Part shown: in pieces, positions 25,806-33,614 of the stretch
Position numbering within the stretch: the stretch's first letter is position 1
Layout: every line of letters begins with the position of its first letter
Origin: a virus
Virus record (IMG/VR): IMGVR_UViG_3300049437_000042
Location: 1-41,682 of that record
Length of the DNA: 41,682 bases
Direction: 5' to 3' (one strand)
The notes under the pieces: generated by a model
What the model was told of the DNA's origin: nothing
Database searches by the model: none
Seen by the model: the letters and a program-made list of their open reading frames with translations, nothing else
Program-made: the position numbers and the translations under genes

Positions 25806-28003
25806 GCACCGCTTCCCGGTGGGCCGGTTGGTCCCGCAGACGGCGAGGGGGACCGGCCCACCGCCTGGCGTCCACAGACCGGTCCCCCGCTGCCTGGCTG
25901 GCCGACGGGAAGGTGAACCTGCTGGTCGAGCTTCACGTGACCGGGATCGGATGGGTGGACATCACCTCGAAGGTCCGATCCGCGCAGGGGATCACGATCA
26001 AGCGTGGCCAGCAGGAAGGACAGACCAAGGTCCCGCCGTCCACCATGCGCTTCACCCTGAACAACGCGAACGGCACGTTCAGTAACAGAAACCCATACTC
26101 GCCCTACTTTGGGCGTATCGGACGTAACACCTCGATACGGTGCAGCGTTGGCGATGATGTGCGATTTGTCGGGCAGATCGCCGAGTTCCCGCAACGGTGG
26201 GACACGACTGGCACCGACGTGTGGGTACCGGTTGAGGCCGCGGGTTCCCTCCGGCAGTACGGCCAGGGCTTCCCGGTGCTGCGCAGCCCGATGTACCGGG
26301 CTGTCGCGGGTTCTCCCGGGCTGTTGCAGTACTGGCCGTTGGATGACGGGTCGGAGGCGACACAGGGTCTCTCAACGGTCGACTCGTTCCCGCTAACCGT
26401 GGTCGAAAACGTGGTGACGTTCGGATCAGTCACGGGACCCGCCGGTTCTACGGCACTGGCAGATTTGAGCTCGGGCGGAAGGATGACCGGAGCGGTAGCT
26501 TTCAGTTCGGCGCTGTCCTACCGCATTGAATTGGTGACCAAATGGAAGCCTATTGCTGCTACAGAGTTCAGCACACCGTTGGGGTGGTACACCGGAGGTG
26601 GTGTCGATCTGTGGAAACTCACAGCCTCACCGGTAGCTGACGGAGGTTTGTACCTCCAATACGTCACTCCATCCGGAACGGTTGGAGGCCCGTTCGATTC
26701 CAATATTGCCGTCGATGACACTACGTGGAAACATATCAGGATTGAAGGGGCGTACATTTCTCCGACGTCCATGTCTATGCGCGTTACGGTAAATGGAGCA
26801 CTGGTTATAAGCCAAACGGTGGCATTAGCGTTCGGCCCAGTGAAATCCGTGTCCATAAACCACGACCGTAATACGAATACCGCAGTGCCGTCCATGGGCC
26901 ATATCGCGGTGTGGGCGCCCATCCCAAGTCAGGCGACCAGCTTGACCGCCATGAACGGGTACTCCAGTGAGACCGCCGTGGATCGGATTGTCCGAGTCGC
27001 CGCAGAGGAACATCTGCCCGTCGCCATCGCAGGTGACCCGGCGCAGTCCGCCCTGGTGGGAGCACAGCGCACGGTCAGTGCCTTGACCCTGCTGCAAGAC
27101 GCCGCGGGGGTAGACCGGGGGACGCTGTATGAGCCCCGGACGTCCCTTGGTCTGCGCTACCGCACGTTGTACGACATGTACAACCAGACGGGCCCGACCC
27201 TGGACTACGCGTCCAAGCATCTCTCGGACCAGCTTGAACCGAACGATGATGATTCTGTGCTGGTCAACGATATGACCGTGACCCGGACCAGCGGATCGTC
27301 CCGACAATACGTCAAGACTACGGGGCCACTCAACATCAACGACCCGGACCAGGATCGGCACGGTGCTGGTCGAGTCAGTTCCGCGCTGACCCTGCCGTGC
27401 GAGAACGACGCCCAACTTCAGCACATCGCTGGTTGGGAGGTTCATCGGGGAACGGTAGACGAGTCCAGGTACCCGTCGGTCCAGGTGGAACTGCACCGCG
27501 AGGTGTTCCGCAACGACCCGACACTATCCGCACAGATAGCGGCCTTGGACGTAACCGGGCATCTCACGCTGACCAATCTTCCCGTGTGGCTGCCACCCGA
27601 CCCGGTAGGGCTGCACATCGAGGGATACCAGGAAGTCATACGGACGTTTACTCGCACACTGACGTTCAACACCTCGCCCGGCGAGGGATTCCACGTGGCG
27701 GTATACGACCAGGATCGCTACAGCAGCGACGGGACCACCCTGGCGGAAACCAGCAACGGCGGGGGAGTGGACACCACGGCAACGTTGTGGAATATCTACA
27801 CTCCGTCGGGACCGGTGTGGTCCACCACTGAAGAACCCTATGATTGGATGGTTGAGGGTGAACGGGTCACGGTCACCGAGATGACTCCAGACACCAACGG
27901 ATTCCAGTCGGCTACTGTAGTCCGGTCGGTGAATGGAGTGGTGAAGAGCCACGATATCGGCGCCGAGATTGAACTGTACCGACCCGGTGTCTACGCACTG
28001 TAG
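25802..28003 (+). CDS. Minor tail protein (large, baseplate/tip candidate)
   Basis: The ORF is open from 25784, and the GTG at 25802 gives GTGA coupling. The first ~35 codons are Arg-rich and overlap an inverted GGGGGACCGG pair, so the true start may be near 25900. The body shows the pattern ITIKRGQQEGQTKVPPSTMRFTLNNANGTFSNRNPYSPYFG, which I recall as typical of actinophage minor tail proteins (from memory, not checked). Confidence 0.75.
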   Translation: MSTASRWAGWSRRRRGGPAHRLASTDRSPAAWLADGKVNLLVELHVTGIGWVDITSKVRSAQGITIKRGQQEGQTKVPPSTMRFTLNNANGTFSNRNPYSPYFGRIGRNTSIRCSVGDDVRFVGQIAEFPQRWDTTGTDVWVPVEAAGSLRQYGQGFPVLRSPMYRAVAGSPGLLQYWPLDDGSEATQGLSTVDSFPLTVVENVVTFGSVTGPAGSTALADLSSGGRMTGAVAFSSALSYRIELVTKWKPIAATEFSTPLGWYTGGGVDLWKLTASPVADGGLYLQYVTPSGTVGGPFDSNIAVDDTTWKHIRIEGAYISPTSMSMRVTVNGALVISQTVALAFGPVKSVSINHDRNTNTAVPSMGHIAVWAPIPSQATSLTAMNGYSSETAVDRIVRVAAEEHLPVAIAGDPAQSALVGAQRTVSALTLLQDAAGVDRGTLYEPRTSLGLRYRTLYDMYNQTGPTLDYASKHLSDQLEPNDDDSVLVNDMTVTRTSGSSRQYVKTTGPLNINDPDQDRHGAGRVSSALTLPCENDAQLQHIAGWEVHRGTVDESRYPSVQVELHREVFRNDPTLSAQIAALDVTGHLTLTNLPVWLPPDPVGLHIEGYQEVIRTFTRTLTFNTSPGEGFHVAVYDQDRYSSDGTTLAETSNGGGVDTTATLWNIYTPSGPVWSTTEEPYDWMVEGERVTVTEMTPDTNGFQSATVVRSVNGVVKSHDIGAEIELYRPGVYAL

Positions 28004-28017
28004 AAAGGACCACGATC

Positions 28018-28566
28018 ATGGCGGCTACGGCGGGTCAGCCTGTCCGGGCGAGTGACACGTCCGGGTTTGAGGACCGTATTTTCGCGCTAGAAGAGGGCCC
28101 GATCATTGCCGCCAAGGCATTTTCGGGGGGGCCTTCCGCCTCAACATCGACCCCCGTACCACTTGCAGCATGGAACAGCGGACCTACTGCCATTCATTTT
28201 CGCGACCAGCAGATCTACAAAATAGAGATTTCGATCGACAACTACAGCTCTACCGGTGCTGACAACATGTACGACAACCAGATATTCGTGTACGCGGAGA
28301 TCAACAACACAAGCTCGCAACAACTGGGGTCGTGCCGCATGCCCGCAGCAGGAGGAGCTAGCAGTGTCAACCGGGGGTTCGCAACGTTCTACGTGCACAA
28401 CATCTCAGGGGCCGCACTCGACAAAACCATGGGCCTTGGAGTAGCCAAGCTGACCGGCACCACCGCAGTGATGTCCAGCGGGTTGCTGGTGGTCTACTGG
28501 GTGGCCCCCATCACCGGACTGGAGTCGACCAGCCTCACGGCGCTCAGCTCAGTGTCGCTGACCTAA
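28018..28566 (+). CDS. Minor tail / receptor-binding candidate
   Basis: 182 aa with an SD (GAAAGGA). It is visibly lower-GC than its neighbours and is the last tail gene before the lysis cassette. Confidence 0.55.
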   Translation: MAATAGQPVRASDTSGFEDRIFALEEGPIIAAKAFSGGPSASTSTPVPLAAWNSGPTAIHFRDQQIYKIEISIDNYSSTGADNMYDNQIFVYAEINNTSSQQLGSCRMPAAGGASSVNRGFATFYVHNISGAALDKTMGLGVAKLTGTTAVMSSGLLVVYWVAPITGLESTSLTALSSVSLT

Positions 28567-28769
28567 ACCAGACGTGCCACTGCGGCAGCTACGGCCAGGG
28601 GTACGAGCAACGTCAGCGCAAACACGGCGGTCAGCACTCCCCATCGGTCCACTGTTCGGGCGAATGCCCGCAGAGTGGCCCATGGGCGGAGACCTACCCG
28701 GTAGGTGGTCCCCACGTACTCGGTGCCCCGTACGGTCCTGACTCGGCGAACCACGGTGACCACCTCCAT
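28563..28769 (-). CDS. Reverse-oriented small tail-anchored membrane protein (hypothetical)
   Basis: 68 aa with a C-terminal hydrophobic segment VLTAVFALTLLVPLAVAAAVA. Its stop TAG overlaps the TAA of the convergent + gene. The SD is weak. Confidence 0.35.
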   Translation of the reverse strand: MEVVTVVRRVRTVRGTEYVGTTYRVGLRPWATLRAFARTVDRWGVLTAVFALTLLVPLAVAAAVARLV

Positions 28770-28828
28770 GTGTGAACATCATTACCATACCGCAGAGGTA
28801 ATATCATGTACACCGATCGGAGGGCCAC

Positions 28829-29863
28829 ATGGGACGAACCACGACCGCTATGCAGCGGTTCATCACACAATTGGTGAATGATCATCCCGGTACGGAGAAC
28901 AGCGGCACGTACGCGCTCAAGCGGGGGTACCACTCGACCCGGGCCGACAATCAGAACCGGTGGCCCGGGGACTACTCGATCCGGTACGTCCCGGACCAGT
29001 GGGGACCGTCCGACGCCGCAGGAGCCGCGGACTGGACGTTCCACAACGCGCAGGGTGGCAACTACGCGTCGATCGCCGCGTACTCCGGCCGGCTGCTGGC
29101 CGCGAGGTACGACCCGCGGTGCACCGGATGGCGCGAGTTCTACGGTCAGGCAGACACCGACTCCGCCGTGGAAGGGTGGGACTGGTATCTGGATCAGGCG
29201 GTCACCTCCGACTCGTCCCATCTCTGGCACATCCACGTCAGCGAGCACCGGTGCTGGGCGGAGTCTTGGTACAACAAGGCTGCCCTGATCAGCGTGGTGC
29301 AGGGTGAGACGTTCGAAACGTTCCGGGCGCGAGGCTGGCCGGGGTGGTCGGACGTCGTCGAGCCGATCCGCCAGGGACTGCGGGGCATGGCCGTCTGGCA
29401 AGTCCAGCGGATCGCCGGAGCGGTCACGGATGGAGATTTCGGGCCCGCTACCGCCTCCGCCGTACGGGCCTGGCAGACCGGTCACGGGCTGGACCCGGAC
29501 GGCGTTGTCGGGCCGGCCACGTGGTCTGAGATGGGAGCCGGACAACCGGCATACACAGAGGGAGACATCATGGCACTTACCCCCGATGAGCGGGCAATCC
29601 TGGACAGCCTGTCCCGCAGGGTCAGCAACATCGACGCGCAGGTGAACGCACTGATCGAGAACCGGCTGTCCGCTCCGGGGATCGTCGGCACCGACGGGAC
29701 CACCTTCACGGTGTCCAACACCCTGGCGGCACACGTGCAGATGATCCGGCAACTTCTGGAAGCCGCCGGAGGGGACCCGAACCTCGCGCCCGTGCTGGAC
29801 TCGTTGAACATGCTGACGTCACGGCTGACCGCCGCGGGGGAAGAGCTGGCAGGGCGTCCGTGA
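28829..29863 (+). CDS. Endolysin with PG_binding_1 domain
   Basis: 344 aa. The central segment VWQVQRIAGAVTDGDFGPATASAVRAWQTGHGLDPDGVVGPATWSEM matches the peptidoglycan-binding repeat. The N-terminal catalytic domain is His-rich (GYHSTRAD, HLWHIHVSEH), family not assigned. A ~95-aa helical C-terminal extension follows. Confidence 0.8.
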   Translation: MGRTTTAMQRFITQLVNDHPGTENSGTYALKRGYHSTRADNQNRWPGDYSIRYVPDQWGPSDAAGAADWTFHNAQGGNYASIAAYSGRLLAARYDPRCTGWREFYGQADTDSAVEGWDWYLDQAVTSDSSHLWHIHVSEHRCWAESWYNKAALISVVQGETFETFRARGWPGWSDVVEPIRQGLRGMAVWQVQRIAGAVTDGDFGPATASAVRAWQTGHGLDPDGVVGPATWSEMGAGQPAYTEGDIMALTPDERAILDSLSRRVSNIDAQVNALIENRLSAPGIVGTDGTTFTVSNTLAAHVQMIRQLLEAAGGDPNLAPVLDSLNMLTSRLTAAGEELAGRP

Positions 29864-30138
29864 ACCTCACTGAGAAGATCCTGGCAGCGTGCGGGGGGTT
29901 CCTGGTCCTCGGAGCCACCCTAACGATGATCATGAAAAGCTTGGTGTGGATCAACCGAACACTGACCAAGGCCAACATGTTTCTTGATCAGTGGTTCGGA
30001 CATCCCGCCGTCGACGGAGAACCGGCGGCTCCCAGCTTTCCCGCACAGATGCGTACCGTGGTCGCCACGCAGGCTGACCACGGTGCGCGCTTGGCCGCTA
30101 TCGAGCAAGGTATGGGTTCGCGAGTGGAGGTGCGCTGA
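29860..30138 (+). CDS. Single-TM lysis-cassette membrane protein (holin-like)
   Basis: 92 aa with GTGA coupling. TM segment ILAACGGFLVLGATLTMIM. Confidence 0.55.
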   Translation: MNLTEKILAACGGFLVLGATLTMIMKSLVWINRTLTKANMFLDQWFGHPAVDGEPAAPSFPAQMRTVVATQADHGARLAAIEQGMGSRVEVR

Positions 30139-30139
30139 C

Positions 30140-30373
30140 ATGATCACGTACACATGGTGGAAGGACGTAGGGGAACGCCTGCTGTCCACGGCGGTGCAGG
30201 CTGGCCTGGCCGTGGTGGTGGTGGAGATCGCACGCAAGGGCACCCTGCTCGACCTGGACTGGCTGACCCTGGCTGACACGGCCGGTGTCGCGGCGGTGCT
30301 GGCACTGTGGAAGGGATGGGTCGCCCGGTCGGTGGGGGATCGGAACTCGGCCAGTCTGGTGGACACCCAATGA
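30140..30373 (+). CDS. Holin (r1t-like pattern)
   Basis: 77 aa. WWKDVGERLLSTAVQAGLAVVVV ... AGVAAVLALWKGW resembles the r1t holin family. Confidence 0.65.
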   Translation: MITYTWWKDVGERLLSTAVQAGLAVVVVEIARKGTLLDLDWLTLADTAGVAAVLALWKGWVARSVGDRNSASLVDTQ

Positions 30374-31083
30374 CACTCCCCACTCCCCGGACGCCGCTAC
30401 CGCTGCCACACGCGACGACGCTACCCGCACAACGGGGACCGCAGGCAGCGGCGCCCCTACCCGTGGGGGTATATCCGATGTTCGTAGGTGACTCGATCAC
30501 AGCGGGCACGGGGACGTGGCGACCGGACCGGGACGCGTTCCCGGTCCGGTGGACTGATCGAGCCTGCGGGCAGGATCAGGCTCTCCGGTCGCAGGTGTTG
30601 CGGTCAGGGATCGGAGGCGCGTGCCTCACCGTGCCTCACGGCACCACCCCCGCTCTCACCGACATGTGGGCGACGGTTGTCCTCGGGGCTACCCCAGCCC
30701 CCACAACCGTGATCGTTGAGATAGGAGTGAATGATCTTTTTGAAGACGTCGCGCTCGATCAGATGGCCATGGCGTATCGGTACCTGATGACTAGCGGAAA
30801 CAGCGCCGGGGTACGGGTTCTGTTCATGACGATTCCACCGTCAACCACCCAATGGCCCTGGCACACAGCGCACAATCCGCGTCGGCAGGCCATCAACGGA
30901 TGGCTACGGGACTACTTCGGGATGGGCAACCTGATCGACATCGACGCGGGCTTACGGATCGGCACCTCCGGGGAGGCCGATCCCTGCTACTTCGAGATCA
31001 ACGGAGTGGGGGATGGGCTGCACCCGAACACGCTGGGGGCCCTGTCCATCGCTGACTGGATCGGGATTGAGAGGGTGACATGA
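30370..31083 (+). CDS. SGNH/GDSL hydrolase (esterase) in the lysis cassette
   Basis: 237 aa with ATGA coupling. Block I FVGDSITAG, block III EIGVNDL, block V GDGLHPN. Confidence 0.8.
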   Translation: MTLPTPRTPLPLPHATTLPAQRGPQAAAPLPVGVYPMFVGDSITAGTGTWRPDRDAFPVRWTDRACGQDQALRSQVLRSGIGGACLTVPHGTTPALTDMWATVVLGATPAPTTVIVEIGVNDLFEDVALDQMAMAYRYLMTSGNSAGVRVLFMTIPPSTTQWPWHTAHNPRRQAINGWLRDYFGMGNLIDIDAGLRIGTSGEADPCYFEINGVGDGLHPNTLGALSIADWIGIERVT

Positions 31084-31316
31084 CCGGGTGGGGGCTGTTC
31101 TGGTCAGCGTTCGCTGCCCTTGGGCTGACCGCCGAGTTCATCGCGCTGTTCAACCGGAGCGCGGGGGACACCGCATCGGAGAACGTGTGGAAGGTGCTCC
31201 GGATCGCTGACCCCCGCCCCTCGTGGCTGTTCTGGCCTCTGCGGGCGGGGGTGGCCCTGGCCTGCATCTGGTTGGCCGGTCACTTCTCGATGGGGTGGTG
31301 GACCACCGGGGGCTGA
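31080..31316 (+). CDS. Two-TM membrane protein (hypothetical, lysis-associated)
   Basis: 78 aa with ATGA coupling and two hydrophobic segments. Confidence 0.6.
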   Translation: MTGWGLFWSAFAALGLTAEFIALFNRSAGDTASENVWKVLRIADPRPSWLFWPLRAGVALACIWLAGHFSMGWWTTGG

Positions 31317-31330
31317 GCTGCCCGACAAGA

Positions 31331-31363
31331 AACGGCCCCGGTGCGAGGTGCACCGGGGCCGTT
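31331..31363. terminator. Bidirectional intrinsic terminator at the convergence of late (+) and early (-) arms
   Basis: Perfect 14-bp stem AACGGCCCCGGTGC / GCACCGGGGCCGTT with a 5-nt loop. Confidence 0.75.
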
Positions 31364-31375
31364 CGTGTGTGATCG

Positions 31376-31474
31376 CTACCGTCGCGAGTCGTACCGGATG
31401 ATCGCGTACCCGATCAAGGCCGCTACCACGAGGCTGAGCACCGCCGACCCCGGAGTCAGCATGCGGGAGAGCAT
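31376..31474 (-). CDS. 32-aa membrane peptide (hypothetical)
   Basis: MLSRMLTPGSAVLSLVVAALIGYAIIRYDSRR. It starts 5 nt after the upstream stop. Confidence 0.3.
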   Translation of the reverse strand: MLSRMLTPGSAVLSLVVAALIGYAIIRYDSRR

Positions 31475-31479
31475 GAGGC

Positions 31480-31707
31480 TCACCGGGGGCTCACCCCGAA
31501 CAGCCGGACACACGAGGTATACCCGGGGCAAGCAATCAACCACCCCCACTCCGACAGGTCCGACCTGATCCATCCGTGTTGGTGGGCGTACGTGGTGAAC
31601 TCGAACGTGCCGGTGCCGTTGCTGGACGCATGCACAACGGGTTGCCCGGTGCGCCGCTCAATCGTGACCAACCACCGGGGCGGAAGCGGCTCTCTGGTGA
31701 GGGTCAT
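31480..31707 (-). CDS. Hypothetical protein
   Basis: 75 aa from the ATG at 31707 (ATGA overlap with the upstream ORF). An alternative ATG is at 31719. Confidence 0.5.
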   Translation of the reverse strand: MTLTREPLPPRWLVTIERRTGQPVVHASSNGTGTFEFTTYAHQHGWIRSDLSEWGWLIACPGYTSCVRLFGVSPR

Positions 31708-31913
31708 CGGCTGGTCCATCCTTTTGGGTGGCCGTAGTTGGGATCGGTGCGCGACCCACCGGAGAAGTCATCGGGTACCGCCTGCCTGCTCGTGTCGGTC
31801 GCCTGCTGCCCGCTCGACCCCTGCGCGGTACCCGCCCGGTGCCTGCCGTCGCGGGCAGTTGCTGCCCGCTCGATCCGGGTGCGGTCACCGTACGGTGCGT
31901 GGTGCTTGCCCAT
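31704..31913 (-). CDS. Basic, low-complexity 69-aa ORF (uncertain)
   Basis: Strong SD (GGAGGGGATC) before the ATG at 31913, and an ATGA overlap with the next gene. However, it is encoded over DNA-level repeats (TCGAGCGGGCAGCA is read in two different frames). Confidence 0.35.
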   Translation of the reverse strand: MGKHHAPYGDRTRIERAATARDGRHRAGTAQGSSGQQATDTSRQAVPDDFSGGSRTDPNYGHPKGWTSR

Positions 31914-31968
31914 GATCCCCTCCGGGTGCTGTGTAGAACGTACACAGCGTACCACTGCCTGTCCACGA

Positions 31969-32092
31969 GCGGGTACCCGCTCACTGCCCGCCGACCTACT
32001 ACGGGTACCCGCTCGCTGTCCACACTGAGCGGGTACCCGCTTTGTACATGCTCCGAACAAAGCGGGTACCCGCTCAGTGCCCGGGTACCCGC
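31969..32092. repeat. Array of five GCGGGTACCCGC palindromes (intergenic part of a larger cluster)
   Basis: Perfect 12-mers at 31969, 32029 and 32062. 11/12 copies at 32001 and 32081. Flanks extend several copies to GAGCGGGTACCCGCTC. The copies at 32029 and 32062 are the arms of a 17-bp inverted repeat with an 11-nt spacer. Confidence 0.9.
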
Positions 32093-32108
32093 TCGTGTCT
32101 GACGTAGG

Positions 32109-33236
32109 TCAGGGGTTCACCACCTCGCGCGCACGGCGCTCACCGAGTCCGGTCACGCGGGCGCAGTGCTCGCCGTCCATCTGCATGATGTACCCCCGGC
32201 GCTCCATTGCGCGGGTAATCCGGGGCCTCACGGCACTCTCCTGCACGACCCCGTCATGCTCGTTCACCCAGGTCAGGATGTGTTCAGCCCATCGGGTCGG
32301 CATGGTCAGGGAGCCGTACGCGGGCAGCGGGCGGGCGGGTACCCGCTCCTGCCGCATGTCCGCGAGCGTGCGCGGGCGGGGTCCCTTCGCTGAGCGGGTA
32401 TGCATGGGCTGCCCGCTCGCTGCCCGCTCGGATACCTCTTCCCGGGAAGCTGCCCGCCACTCGATGCCCGCTCCCGAGGTGTGCACCCGGGCATGATCGA
32501 TGCCGTGAGACATCCGGAGCACCGACCGGTCGATGCGAGCACCGTGCATGCCCGCATCGCCGTCACAGAAGTACGCGCCGATGTCCGGCGACTTCACGAC
32601 GTGCTCCGGGTGCGCGGGCACGATGTTGCAGTGCCCGCGCGGGTGCTCGCGCATGGCGTCGACCACCGCTGCCTGCCTGCCCGACAGGCGGGTACCCGCC
32701 CGGAGGGGAGCGGGTACCCGCTCGCTTGCGCGCGCACTGAGATCGTCATCGATACCCGCTTCGCGCGCACGCTCGGAAAGGATGATGGCCTTGGCCAGCC
32801 CCCGTGCCTCTGCCCGTGCCTCTTCCTGCGTCGCGAACGGGCGGGGGCTGGACACCTGGTAGGTGCCGCGCCGTACCTCGACCGTGAAGACCCTCTCCAG
32901 TCGGGTCACGATGACCTCATACCGCCAAGGACTCGGGAAGGTCCAGGACATCTGACTGCCCACGAGGGGGAAGTCGTCCAGCCAATGCGACTCCCGCTCC
33001 GGGGCGGGGGCGGACAACTGGCAGGACCAGGCGAACCAGCCGATCGTCTCGCCGGTCTCTTCCACGTCCCACCGGAAGCACGCGGGAGCGGCAGCACACC
33101 GAGCATGGGCCGGCACCGTGACCCGGCTGTTGAGACCCACGAGCTTGACTTGCGCCCCCCTGTACTCGTTGTGTACACCAACGGCGTTGAATGTGGCCAT
33201 CTGGCCGAGTTCGGGAAGCCAGGGTGTTTGTGTCAT
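32109..33236 (-). CDS. 375-aa putative DNA-binding protein (ORFan regulator candidate), leaderless
   Basis: The ATG at 33236 lies 6 nt after a -10 hexamer and has no SD. wHTH-like segments: LSGRQAAVVDAMREHP and C-terminal ILTWVNEHDGVVQESAVRPRITRAMERRGYI. Three perfect GCGGGTACCCGC copies lie inside the gene in two different reading frames. Confidence 0.65.
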   Translation of the reverse strand: MTQTPWLPELGQMATFNAVGVHNEYRGAQVKLVGLNSRVTVPAHARCAAAPACFRWDVEETGETIGWFAWSCQLSAPAPERESHWLDDFPLVGSQMSWTFPSPWRYEVIVTRLERVFTVEVRRGTYQVSSPRPFATQEEARAEARGLAKAIILSERAREAGIDDDLSARASERVPAPLRAGTRLSGRQAAVVDAMREHPRGHCNIVPAHPEHVVKSPDIGAYFCDGDAGMHGARIDRSVLRMSHGIDHARVHTSGAGIEWRAASREEVSERAASGQPMHTRSAKGPRPRTLADMRQERVPARPLPAYGSLTMPTRWAEHILTWVNEHDGVVQESAVRPRITRAMERRGYIMQMDGEHCARVTGLGERRAREVVNP

Positions 33237-33242
33237 GGGGTA

Positions 33243-33272
33243 AGTGTACGTTGTGCACACTCGGGAGCGCAA
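33243..33272 (-). promoter_or_regulatory. Sigma-70-like promoter giving a leaderless transcript
   Basis: Minus strand reads TTGCGC - 18 nt - TACACT - 6 nt - ATG. Confidence 0.55.
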
Positions 33273-33278
33273 ACGCAG

Positions 33279-33312
33279 AACACCCCCGCCTGGTTGACCG
33301 GGCGGGGGTGTT
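33279..33312 (-). terminator. Intrinsic terminator after the 33315..33614 gene
   Basis: Perfect 12-bp stem AACACCCCCGCC / GGCGGGGGTGTT with a 10-nt loop. Confidence 0.6.
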
Positions 33313-33314
33313 GA

Positions 33315-33614
33315 TCAGAAGTGTCTGCGGGCGGTGTCGACCAGGTCCGTCAACCACGAGGGGGATTCGGGACCGTTCTCGCTGAAGAACAACCACGAGC
33401 GAGGCGCCTGTCCGGTCTGCCCGTTCCGTTTCACGGCGAAACCCCTCACCTCAATTTGCGCGAGGGACGGCAGTTCGCCGTTGCGAGATCCGATCGTGAC
33501 GACAGCTTTGGTCGGGGAGAACTGCGCCGTGCCTCGGTACACCACCACCGGGTACCCGACCAAGTGGAACGTCACCTCAACCTTACGGGTGTGCTCGTGT
33601 ACAACAGCTTCCAT
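33315..33614 (-). CDS. Hypothetical protein
   Basis: 99 aa from an ATG preceded by GGAAGGA. Confidence 0.6.
   Translation of the reverse strand: MEAVVHEHTRKVEVTFHLVGYPVVVYRGTAQFSPTKAVVTIGSRNGELPSLAQIEVRGFAVKRNGQTGQAPRSWLFFSENGPESPSWLTDLVDTARRHF

Noticed and set aside
28829-29300. Assigning the endolysin catalytic domain to the LAS/M15 metallopeptidase family from GYHSTRAD and HIHVSEH.
   Set aside because: The His-Asp spacing (H-x4-D) does not match the H-x6-D spacing I expect for that family, so the family is left unassigned.
29570-29863. A separate gene starting at the internal ATG (MALTPDERAILD...) within the endolysin ORF.
   Set aside because: It is in the same frame with no intervening stop and no distinct SD, so it cannot be distinguished from a C-terminal domain without data. 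It is kept as part of the endolysin.
32029-32073. Protelomerase (telRL-like) target or hairpin-telomere site, based on the 17-bp inverted arms.
   Set aside because: The 11-nt centre (ACATGCTCCGA) is not palindromic, and no tyrosine-recombinase or protelomerase-sized gene is present.
31969-32092. Possibility that the repeated palindromes are a CRISPR array.
   Set aside because: The repeats are only 12-16 bp, the spacing is irregular (19-33 bp), the copies are themselves palindromic, further copies lie inside a coding gene, and there are no cas genes.
32109-32160. ParB-like GERRxRA box in the 375-aa protein (C-terminal GLGERRAREV).
   Set aside because: The match is a short string at the extreme C-terminus, whereas the ParB box lies in the N-terminal domain. 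No ParA-type ATPase gene is present. I treat it as coincidence.
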